Source: a candidate division WOR-3 bacterium (GTDB lineage Bacteria > Hydrothermota > Tepidihabitantia > SM23-42). Taken from it: DNA of 56,436 bases. Where the stretch lies: assembly GCA_020341755.1 (NCBI GenBank), contig CP070834.1, positions 1-56,436 of the forward strand. Direction: 5' to 3'. Made by a program: the position numbers and the translations under genes. The notes below the pieces were generated by a model, which worked only from the letters and a program-made list of their open reading frames with translations, did no database searches and was not told where the DNA came from. Positions within the stretch are counted from its first letter, which is position 1; every line of letters begins with the position of its first letter. Shown piece by piece: positions 37,935 to 45,779 of the stretch.

Positions 37935-40472
37935 ATGCTGGCGAAGAAACTCGGTAAGTACGAAATAATAGATTGGCTCGGGGGCGGTCGGTTTGGTGAT
38001 GTCTTTCTTGCCCGTGATACACTGCTCGATCAACAGTTCGCTCTGAAGATCGCCCGAATGAGAAAAGAAGAAATATCCATGCTACAGGATGAGGCGAAGC
38101 TCCTGTCCGGGCTCAATCACGTCGGGATCGTACGCTTCTACAATATCGATTTCATCGATGAAAAATTCGTCCTGGTGATGGAGTATGTGAAGGGAGCGTC
38201 GTTGCGTGAGATCATACCGGAACAGGGGCTTACAGTGGACCAGGCATGCTCGATCGGTCAACAAATTTCTGACGCGGTAGCATACGCCCATAATAAAAAG
38301 GTACTTCATCGTGATCTCAAACCCGAGAACATCCTGCAGGAGGGTTCCGGAGAGCCCGTGGTGAAGATAACAGACTTTGGTCTGGCGCGCTTCATAAAAT
38401 CAGGTTCACTCTCGGCATCGACGGCAGGAACACCGATCTATATGGCGCCAGAGGTATGGTCTGGTGATTTTTCTGACAGATCTGACATATGGAGCATTGG
38501 CGCTATACTCTATGAAATGCTCACCGGCGTGCCGCCATTTCTCTCGGACAATCTAACCGACTTGCAGCGAAAAATCGAGATGAATAAATTCCTCCTGCCG
38601 ACAATGGTTCGTTCAGCCGTTCCGGAGTACCTGGAACATATCATAGCAAAATGTCTGAAATCCAATCCCGATGCACGACCAACAGCCGAGGAATTGTCCG
38701 CGATGATGAACTATCAGGGGACTCCGATACGGGTTACGCCGGCCATTCGTGGAACCGAAAAAGAATCCCCCGCCTTGGATCTCACACCAGCCCAGCGGGA
38801 AATAATGGAATCTGTACCAGGAAAAGTACTGCTCCTGGGGCAGGCTGGTTGTGGCAAAACAACCACACTCACCCACGCAGTCCTCAAACTGCTGGACAGT
38901 GGCGTTCCCGATTCCAACATCCTCATCTCCACGTTCACCAACAAAGCGGCTCATGATATTAAAAACAGGCTCACCCGGCACATCGGAACCGTTTCACATG
39001 AGCTATGGCTGGGAACACTACACACCCTGGCACTGAGAATACTGCGTCGTGATGCCGCGCGGCTTGACCTGAGCGATGACTTCACGATCGTGCATCCCGC
39101 AGATGTTGTATCGGGGATGAAAACCAAACCAGGGAAGCATCAGGTACGAGCTATGCTCCAGTACATCGGCAAGCTAAAAGCCCACAATATTCTCCCTGAA
39201 CGGTTTACCCCAAAAACCAAATGGGAAAAAGCGTGTCACCTGTTTTACCGCCAATACCAGGATCGCCTGTCAGCGGGCAGCATGGCCGACTTCGATGATC
39301 TCATCATATTGGCGGTGCGCCTTCTCCAGGACCACGAGGATGTACGTTCATTCTATCAGAACCGGTTCAATCATGTTTTTGTTGACGAACTGCAGGATAT
39401 CAACCCTGCTCAGTATCGCTTGATCACGCTCCTGGCGGACAGTTCGGTATTCATGACCGGTGATGAGGATCAATCGATCTATGGATGGCGGGGAGCGGAT
39501 AGAACTATCCTCCATCATGTCGATGATGATTTTCCCGGCATCAAGACCTTTACCCTGACAAAAAGTTTCAGGCTGCCGCAGGCGATACTCGAAATAGCAA
39601 ACCATCTCATGCTCCGCAGTGCAACCGCTGTCCCGACATATGAAACCGGTGATATCCTGGTATATGCAGCCAAGACCGAGAATGACGAGGCGAACTATAT
39701 TATCAATGAAATTAAACGCCTGACAAAAAAACAATTCAGCTATGGTGATATCGCGGTACTCTACCGCGTTAATTACATATCGCGAATCTATGAAGAGGCC
39801 TTTGTCAAGGCACGCATTCCCCATACATTGATCGGCGGTTCCTCATTTTATGACCGTTCTGACATAAAACCGCTGATAGAATATCTAGAGTTGATCGAAC
39901 GTCGTGCAGCGGAAACTCCATCTCCTAAAGAAAATACCGGGACGTTACTTCCTCTTGCACTTGCCCTGTTTAAGATCGGCAAGCAGAAAAAAGACCGTGC
40001 TGCCGCAATCATAACGTACCATCTTGAGCATCGCAACATGCTTGCGCCGGCACGCGTGATCGGTGATATCGTCGATGTGGTCGGGCTGCGCGGTGAGAAC
40101 ATCGATGAACTCATAGCGCTTGCCCGAGGATTCAGTCATCTCGGACTCTCGGATTTTCTCAATGAAGTTCGCCTCGTGCAGGAACTGGATCTGTCTGAGT
40201 GGGGTAAGAATACGGTCAAACTGCTGACCGTCCATAGTGCAAAGGGTCTCGAGTTCCCCGTAGTGTTCCTTGTCGACCTGATCGAAGATGTCTTCCCGCT
40301 CACCAAGAAAATGGCGTCCGGAGAGGACATCGACGAAGAACGGCGGCTGTGTTATGTAGCGCTCACCCGTGCGCAGAAGAAACTATACCTCCTCTACCCG
40401 AAAAGGAGATATGGTCGTTTTCAGCAACCGTCCCGTTTCCTGCTCGATATGTTCAAAAAGGATACACAGTAG
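37935..40472 (+). CDS. Fusion protein: N-terminal Hanks-type Ser/Thr protein kinase + C-terminal UvrD/Rep-family SF1 helicase
   Basis: Kinase motifs: LGGGRFGDVF, FALKIA, HRDLKPENIL, DFGLARF, GTPIYMAPE. Helicase motifs: GQAGCGKTT (Walker A), FVDELQDINPAQ (motif II), TKSFRLPQ, TVHSAKGLEFPVVFL, CYVALTRAQKKLYL (motif VI). One uninterrupted 845-aa ORF. Confidence 0.85.
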   Translation: MLAKKLGKYEIIDWLGGGRFGDVFLARDTLLDQQFALKIARMRKEEISMLQDEAKLLSGLNHVGIVRFYNIDFIDEKFVLVMEYVKGASLREIIPEQGLTVDQACSIGQQISDAVAYAHNKKVLHRDLKPENILQEGSGEPVVKITDFGLARFIKSGSLSASTAGTPIYMAPEVWSGDFSDRSDIWSIGAILYEMLTGVPPFLSDNLTDLQRKIEMNKFLLPTMVRSAVPEYLEHIIAKCLKSNPDARPTAEELSAMMNYQGTPIRVTPAIRGTEKESPALDLTPAQREIMESVPGKVLLLGQAGCGKTTTLTHAVLKLLDSGVPDSNILISTFTNKAAHDIKNRLTRHIGTVSHELWLGTLHTLALRILRRDAARLDLSDDFTIVHPADVVSGMKTKPGKHQVRAMLQYIGKLKAHNILPERFTPKTKWEKACHLFYRQYQDRLSAGSMADFDDLIILAVRLLQDHEDVRSFYQNRFNHVFVDELQDINPAQYRLITLLADSSVFMTGDEDQSIYGWRGADRTILHHVDDDFPGIKTFTLTKSFRLPQAILEIANHLMLRSATAVPTYETGDILVYAAKTENDEANYIINEIKRLTKKQFSYGDIAVLYRVNYISRIYEEAFVKARIPHTLIGGSSFYDRSDIKPLIEYLELIERRAAETPSPKENTGTLLPLALALFKIGKQKKDRAAAIITYHLEHRNMLAPARVIGDIVDVVGLRGENIDELIALARGFSHLGLSDFLNEVRLVQELDLSEWGKNTVKLLTVHSAKGLEFPVVFLVDLIEDVFPLTKKMASGEDIDEERRLCYVALTRAQKKLYLLYPKRRYGRFQQPSRFLLDMFKKDTQ

Positions 40473-40481
40473 AAACGCCTG

Positions 40482-41108
40482 CTACATCATTTTTCTCTTT
40501 CTGACATACAGGATAATTAATATGGCTGCCAGTGGAATGAGGGCGGCGGTCACGATGAGGTTGTACTGTTTGAGAAAACGTGCGGCTTCCTGCCAGGACG
40601 AACCAACATAGAACCCTGCGGATACCAGGAAGAGATTCCACAGCATAACACTCAGAAGGCTCAGCCAGAAAAACACGGTACTCTTCACATCGACCATACC
40701 TGCAGCAAAACAGATCGGCGCACGCATGCCCGGCAGGAAACGGTTGAGAAAGACGACTACCGGACCGCGCCGAGAAAATGCCCTCTGCGCCCTTTCGATC
40801 ATCTTGAGTGGAAAGAACCTGCTCATCCATGATGTGGTCATTATGTGAACAAGCCGCTCGCCCTTTTTCTTACCCAGCCAGTACAATATCATGATACCGG
40901 TTATGCTTCCAATGACCGTACCGAAATATACTGCAAAGGGATTAAAACTTCCACGACCGGCAAGGTAGGCAAAAATGAGTACGACCGCATCTGACGGGTA
41001 GGGAGGGAAAAGGCTCTCGACGCATGCATTGCACAGCAGGAACAGATAGACGACGAGGGGATCTCGACCAGCTATCCAATCAAATACAGAAACGAGCCAA
41101 TCAAACAC
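40482..41108 (-). CDS. DedA-family (VTT domain) membrane protein
   Basis: ESLFPPYPSDAVVLIFAYLAG and FLPGMRAPICFAAG motifs, multiple TM helices. Confidence 0.82.
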   Translation of the reverse strand: MFDWLVSVFDWIAGRDPLVVYLFLLCNACVESLFPPYPSDAVVLIFAYLAGRGSFNPFAVYFGTVIGSITGIMILYWLGKKKGERLVHIMTTSWMSRFFPLKMIERAQRAFSRRGPVVVFLNRFLPGMRAPICFAAGMVDVKSTVFFWLSLLSVMLWNLFLVSAGFYVGSSWQEAARFLKQYNLIVTAALIPLAAILIILYVRKRKMM

Positions 41109-41195
41109 TGCTGCACGCTCTACGGTTGACTAGTGCTGCGCTTCTTGAAGTATACGGTCATTGCAGGCTGCCGTCCCGTTTCCGAACCGGTTTTT

Positions 41196-42926
41196 TCATA
41201 AAGTAATATCAAGCTGGACGCCGATATGTTTTTCCAGGGCAGCCTCTTGGTCGCGGAGTGAATATTTTATGCTGAATTTCAAACCATCTATCGGTTTAGC
41301 CGACAGGTAAAGAAATCCATAGTAACCGCTGTAGTATAACATTCGATTATTGATGATACCTGGCAGATCGATCTCGTAGGCGTAAATGCGCGAGGCATAT
41401 GAATCCGTGTCGAAATGACCGAACCTCACCCGGAGGTCCCACCGCCGGAAATCCAGACCGCATTCCAGAGCCCCAAACAGTCCTCGTTCGAGTACGCCGT
41501 CTTCATATACGTATTTATCCTCGAGCCGGACATCGAAGAAGAATACCCGGAACGGTTTAACCCGGAAGAAAACCCGTGAACCCGAGCGCTGGCTTTCATC
41601 TTCGGTAAACCGCCAGCGCAGCTGCAGTTTCGCATAGGCGATACCCAGCGAACGTTCGACACTCACCTGTACACCATAGCGTTGTGGATCCTCATCTGTG
41701 GCGTCGTCAAGGGTGAAGAGGAAACCGATATCTGCGATCGGTAGATGACCATCCACCGCGAGTTGACCGCCGACATAATCATCGCGAGCCTCGATTCCTT
41801 TTGGAGAGTAAAATCCAGCCGGGAAGTATTTAGCCGCGAGATTGACATCCAGTATCGAATAATATCCGCTGATCCCGAAAACACCCCCGACCCGATTGCG
41901 GAACGAACGTGCGCACTCAGCGAACATAACCATTAACTCATCATTATATTTCAAACCGACGCTGGTAAGCCAGAATCTGGAGCCGTAAAATTTTGCGCTC
42001 GAATCATCACACACAAAACCAGGAGTGTATGAGCACCAGTATGTTCTATTCGCGATCTCCCACTGCGGCTGTCGATACGTAACATTATACCCGATAATTT
42101 CCTCATTGATCCTGTCCTTCTTAGCTTCTGTCAGGGAATCGACATGGTCGCCCGAAAGATAAAACGAGGTCGCGTTACCTGCACTGTCGACGGTCCCGTC
42201 CATATCCTGGTTCGAATAGAACAGGGTGTAGCCTATCACAGACGTATCGCTCAGCGCCGCGCCAAAGAACCCACTATTTTCGTTCACCGAGGTATACGGC
42301 AGAACACCACGTTCTTTCGTGAGCACGCGGAAATCAACCGTTTGGAAAAAAGACCCCAGGGGCGACAGCGCAACACCCGACCCGAAATCGAGATTATATT
42401 TGCCCAGTACGAAAGAACGCCCGCCATCCGTGTGCAAGATACCTCCTGCATAATAATCGAACAGATTATCCTCCAGAGGATCTCTTTCCGTAAGAAAATA
42501 TACGTGATATCCGCCCAGATATACTTCTGACCGTGTATAGTACTCATGGACTGCTTGTTCCGATGGGATATCGGTCGTGCCGCGCATTCTCATCGAAAAT
42601 TTCTTGAACTCCAGAGACTTCCTTCCGACGGTCACGTAGGATCTGATACGTTCGATAAACATGTTATCGATACCGGGGATATTCTTCAGGTCATCCAACG
42701 AATGATATGGCCCATGAGCCTGGCGGTACTCGATGATCCTCATACAATCGGACACCGTAAAATAAGGAATGGCACCAAGTTCCTCAAGGCCTGCTGTATT
42801 GATGTCGACCGGTCGGAGCATCAGATATTCAAGGTCGCGAACGATTATTTCCAGGTCTCGTGGATCGTCGGTCTGGAACAGTTCGTGACCATCGACAGAC
42901 AGGACGATGAGGAACAGAATTATCAT
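41196..42926 (-). CDS. ComEA-like helix-hairpin-helix domain fused to a large predicted beta-barrel/beta-rich domain
   Basis: INTAGLEELGAIPYFTVSDCMRIIEYRQAHGPYHSLDDLKNIPGIDNMFIERI (tandem HhH). The remaining ~470 aa are rich in alternating aromatic/Gly beta-strand patterns. ATGA overlap with the upstream gene. Confidence 0.65.
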   Translation of the reverse strand: MIILFLIVLSVDGHELFQTDDPRDLEIIVRDLEYLMLRPVDINTAGLEELGAIPYFTVSDCMRIIEYRQAHGPYHSLDDLKNIPGIDNMFIERIRSYVTVGRKSLEFKKFSMRMRGTTDIPSEQAVHEYYTRSEVYLGGYHVYFLTERDPLEDNLFDYYAGGILHTDGGRSFVLGKYNLDFGSGVALSPLGSFFQTVDFRVLTKERGVLPYTSVNENSGFFGAALSDTSVIGYTLFYSNQDMDGTVDSAGNATSFYLSGDHVDSLTEAKKDRINEEIIGYNVTYRQPQWEIANRTYWCSYTPGFVCDDSSAKFYGSRFWLTSVGLKYNDELMVMFAECARSFRNRVGGVFGISGYYSILDVNLAAKYFPAGFYSPKGIEARDDYVGGQLAVDGHLPIADIGFLFTLDDATDEDPQRYGVQVSVERSLGIAYAKLQLRWRFTEDESQRSGSRVFFRVKPFRVFFFDVRLEDKYVYEDGVLERGLFGALECGLDFRRWDLRVRFGHFDTDSYASRIYAYEIDLPGIINNRMLYYSGYYGFLYLSAKPIDGLKFSIKYSLRDQEAALEKHIGVQLDITL

Positions 42927-43639
42927 TGAAAAAACGTGATCAGGAAAAGATGTGACAGTCCAAGGTATTGATGGTTTGTCCCGCTATACTGGATGCTGAT
43001 GGCGCCGACGATGAAGGTCGCGCTGCAATCGATATACAGGGGATCGCTGTTGACCCCGATGCCGAACATCACGGCATGATACGGCGCATAGGTTGCACCA
43101 AATGAGAAAAATGGCATCGACAGTTCAATGCTACTGACGGCGCACCGCACGGTCAGGAACTGCTCGGGTTGGTACATGACATTCATCGAATAACATGGCG
43201 GGATGTAATCGATCGAGGATAACCGCGGAACCGTCAGATTCCGTACCCACGCACCCGCGAAAAAGATTGTACTCTGGAAATGTGCTCCGAGATGAGCCGA
43301 ATAGGTCGACTGATCTTCGCTCTCGAACACGGATTGTTGATAGAGCACCAGTTCACCTCCGAGCGACATACCGTAGGCCGTAGAGAAACATCCCCCTGCG
43401 GTCAGCATGTTTTCACGGTACAGATCATCCCCGAAACTCTGCATACCGATATGAAAGCGGCTTACGCTGACATGACCGCTGTAGGTACGCAGACCCGGAA
43501 TGCCGAAATGGCTGCGGGTACCGAACTGAAAAGCGAAACGACCAGACGACGGTACTGCCGGGTTATAATATTCCTCCAGGATGATGCTGCGGGGAAACAG
43601 CATCGATTCAAATGCAGCGACGAGTGCGATAATAAACAT
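42923..43639 (-). CDS. Hypothetical beta-rich (putative outer-membrane) protein
   Basis: 238-aa ORF with short alternating hydrophobic strands and an aromatic C-terminal region (...LFLITFFQ). No family recognised. Confidence 0.5.
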   Translation of the reverse strand: MFIIALVAAFESMLFPRSIILEEYYNPAVPSSGRFAFQFGTRSHFGIPGLRTYSGHVSVSRFHIGMQSFGDDLYRENMLTAGGCFSTAYGMSLGGELVLYQQSVFESEDQSTYSAHLGAHFQSTIFFAGAWVRNLTVPRLSSIDYIPPCYSMNVMYQPEQFLTVRCAVSSIELSMPFFSFGATYAPYHAVMFGIGVNSDPLYIDCSATFIVGAISIQYSGTNHQYLGLSHLFLITFFQ

Positions 43640-43666
43640 GGTGGGAAGATTACAGCACAGCGGCGA

Positions 43667-44923
43667 TCAGACAGAATCCTCACACTCGACGTGTAAGGTC
43701 ATCTCCGATACGCTCGTGACTTTAATCTTGCTGTTCTTCTTTATGGGACTGTCACTCACCGCACTCCAGAATTCTCCATGAACAAACACGGTCCCTCCTT
43801 TGGCTGATATGTCGGTCCTGGCAACGCCGATCTCGCCGACAATCCCCTCCTTTCCCGTTACCCGTTTCTTGAACTGAGCACGTATTCCCAGAAGTGCGAT
43901 GATCAAAAATATACCAGCAACTACAGCAACTACGACCACGATTACCTCCCATGATATTCTTAAGAACGGAACATCACTCTCAAACAGAATTAATGAGCCA
44001 ATAATGAGCGACACGATGCCGCCGATCGTTAAAATGCCGTGCGACGTGATGTATATCTCCAGTATGAACAAAATAGCAGAGAGGACGATGAGTGCGACTC
44101 CTGCATAGTTCACGGGGAGCACATGCAGTGCATAGAACGCCAGTATGAGGCTGATACCTCCAACCACACCGGGGAAAATCATGCCGGGACGCTGCAGTTC
44201 GAAGAATAGACCGTAGAAACCCAGTATCAAAAGTATGTACGCTATATTCGGATTCGTCAGAAGCAGGAGCAAGCGCTCCTTGAGCGTCATGGAAATTACG
44301 CGCGGGGTGATCCCCTGTGTCCTGAAGGTATATGTTTCTTCCGCCACATCAACAGTCCGACCATCGAGTTTCGCTAATAGTTCATCAATATCCTTCGCCA
44401 GTATTTCGCATACGCCTAGTTTCACAGCAGTTTCTGCATCGACCGAGGCACTCTCCCTAACAGATTGTTCGGCCCACTGTATATTGCGGCCCCGCTCCCT
44501 GGCGATCGACTGCAGATAGGCAACGGCATCATTGGTCACTTTCTCGACCATCACGCTGTCGATCTCTCCTCCACCCATGTTTACCGGGTGAGCCGCACCG
44601 GTATTCGTTCCCGGAGCCATAGCGGCTATGTGGCTCGCATATAATATGAACACTCCCGCCGATGCCGCCCGCGCACCGCTCGGTGCTATGTATACGGTAA
44701 CCGGGATTTTGGCATTGAGTAGCGCCTTGGTGATCTCGCGCATGGAAACATCGAGACCACCGGGCGTATCGAGGGTGATGATCAAACATTGAGCACGATC
44801 TTCTTCTGCAATGCGTAATGCTCTCAGCAGGTATGAACTGCTTGCGGGACTGATTACGCCCTCGAGCTCGGCGACCACTACGCTGCCGGTTGCGAACATC
44901 AACCACAGATGTAATAATGCCAT
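43667..44923 (-). CDS. nfeD: NfeD-family membrane-bound ClpP-class serine protease
   Basis: LDTPGGLDVSMREI and the ClpP-like fold, central TM block, C-terminal OB-fold NfeD domain. ATG 44923 (MALLHLWLMF...) is favoured by the promoter position. The track starts at TTG 44947. Confidence 0.85.
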   Translation of the reverse strand: MALLHLWLMFATGSVVVAELEGVISPASSSYLLRALRIAEEDRAQCLIITLDTPGGLDVSMREITKALLNAKIPVTVYIAPSGARAASAGVFILYASHIAAMAPGTNTGAAHPVNMGGGEIDSVMVEKVTNDAVAYLQSIARERGRNIQWAEQSVRESASVDAETAVKLGVCEILAKDIDELLAKLDGRTVDVAEETYTFRTQGITPRVISMTLKERLLLLLTNPNIAYILLILGFYGLFFELQRPGMIFPGVVGGISLILAFYALHVLPVNYAGVALIVLSAILFILEIYITSHGILTIGGIVSLIIGSLILFESDVPFLRISWEVIVVVVAVVAGIFLIIALLGIRAQFKKRVTGKEGIVGEIGVARTDISAKGGTVFVHGEFWSAVSDSPIKKNSKIKVTSVSEMTLHVECEDSV

Positions 44924-44929
44924 CAAAAA

Positions 44930-44957
44930 ATGATAGTCAAATATCAAAACAAGTCAA
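44930..44957 (-). promoter_or_regulatory. Sigma70-type promoter, leaderless configuration, for nfeD operon
   Basis: Minus strand reads TTGACT (44957-44952), 16 nt, TATCAT (44935-44930). ATG 44923 is 6 nt downstream. Confidence 0.6.
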
Positions 44958-45068
44958 GCGTACCTGGTTCCGATAAAAAAAATTATTTGTTGCCTCATCT
45001 ACCGTATAATCCGGCGACGTCGAAAGCTGCGACTGACAATAGTATTGATGTTACACGTAAAATATCTC

Positions 45069-45096
45069 TTGACAAAAAATAAATAATGACTATAAT
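45069..45096 (+). promoter_or_regulatory. Perfect consensus sigma70 promoter for the lysine-rich mini-ORF
   Basis: TTGACA 45069-45074, 16 nt, TATAAT 45091-45096. Confidence 0.7.
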
Positions 45097-45117
45097 AATC
45101 AATAAAAGGAGGTACTA

Positions 45118-45270
45118 ATGCCCAAGTGCGGTTCAAGAACTAAAAAGAAACCAAAGAAAAAGAAAGTAACAAAGAAAAAGAAGAAAGTAGCAAAGAAAAA
45201 GAAGACAACAAAGAAAAAGAAGACAACAAAGAAAAAGAAGACAACAAAGAAAAAGAAGAAAAAGAGATAA
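45118..45270 (+). CDS. Extremely lysine-rich 50-aa protein (MPKCGSRTKKKPKKKKVTKKKKKVAKKKKTTKKKKTTKKKKTTKKKKKKR)
   Basis: Below the track cutoff. AAAGGAGG lies 6 nt before ATG 45118. My own translation ends at TAA 45268-45270. Flanked by a consensus promoter and a G7/C7 hairpin. Confidence 0.55.
   Translation: MPKCGSRTKKKPKKKKVTKKKKKVAKKKKTTKKKKTTKKKKTTKKKKKKR
45205..45258 (+). repeat. Three perfect tandem copies of an 18-bp unit ACAACAAAGAAAAAGAAG (in-frame TTKKKK), preceded by degenerate copies
   Basis: Units at 45205-45222, 45223-45240 and 45241-45258. They are embedded in a ~130-bp almost pure polypurine tract on the + strand. Confidence 0.9.
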
Positions 45271-45283
45271 CACTGTGACATGA

Positions 45284-45312
45284 GGGGGGGAGTAATCCCC
45301 CCCTTGTCTTTA
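45284..45312 (+). terminator. Probable intrinsic terminator
   Basis: G7 (45284-45290), loop AGTAAT, C7 (45297-45303), followed by TTGTCTTTA. Confidence 0.55.
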
Positions 45313-45323
45313 TCACAACTTCA

Positions 45324-45351
45324 TTGACAACCAAGAGAGAAACAATATAAT
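45324..45351 (+). promoter_or_regulatory. Perfect consensus sigma70 promoter, leaderless configuration, for DUF86-like gene and pilD
   Basis: TTGACA 45324-45329, 16 nt, TATAAT 45346-45351. ATG 45357 is 5 nt downstream. Confidence 0.68.
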
Positions 45352-45356
45352 CTCGT

Positions 45357-45779
45357 ATGGATAGTGATACCTTCCTCCAGGTAAAAAAGAATCTCACAAA
45401 AAATATCGATGAAATCAAAGAGACGTTAAAAAGAAAAAATCTCCTTAACGCTCCGGACACGGGAAAGACCATTGAACGGATGAAGTACCTCCTGTACAGT
45501 ATTACCAAGACGCTTATCGATATCGGTCACAGTATTATGCTAGAGAAAGACCTGCTCCCGCCACGTAATCGTGCAGATATCTTTATTTGCCTTGCCGAAC
45601 TCGAGATCATCATGTCGAATATCGTTCCCGGTGTGAAGAAAGCGGTCATCGCATTCCCAAAGATGAACACGTATTCACCGGAAGACACCGTCCGTCTTGT
45701 AACGTCAAGCATCGGAGATCTTCATGCCTGCCTTGATTCATTTGCTGCTTACTTTGCGGTCAGAGATACAACGATATGA
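45357..45779 (+). CDS. DUF86 (HepT/YutE-like, HEPN-superfamily) protein lacking an obvious RxxxxH motif
   Basis: The helical pattern ...LLYSITKTLIDIGHSIMLEK...PRNRADIFICLAELEII resembles YutE-type DUF86. ATGA overlap with pilD. Confidence 0.5.
   Translation: MDSDTFLQVKKNLTKNIDEIKETLKRKNLLNAPDTGKTIERMKYLLYSITKTLIDIGHSIMLEKDLLPPRNRADIFICLAELEIIMSNIVPGVKKAVIAFPKMNTYSPEDTVRLVTSSIGDLHACLDSFAAYFAVRDTTI

Noticed and set aside
45163-45258. Regularly spaced short repeats that might suggest a mini CRISPR array
   Set aside because: The repeats are directly abutting 18-bp units with no spacers. They are in frame within an ORF, and no cas genes are nearby.
45099-45508. Minus-strand ORFs encoding poly-Phe/Ser/Leu repeats (60 aa and 122 aa)
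   Set aside because: They are the reverse-complement shadow of the polypurine Lys-rich ORF. The promoter, SD and terminator signals all belong to the plus strand.
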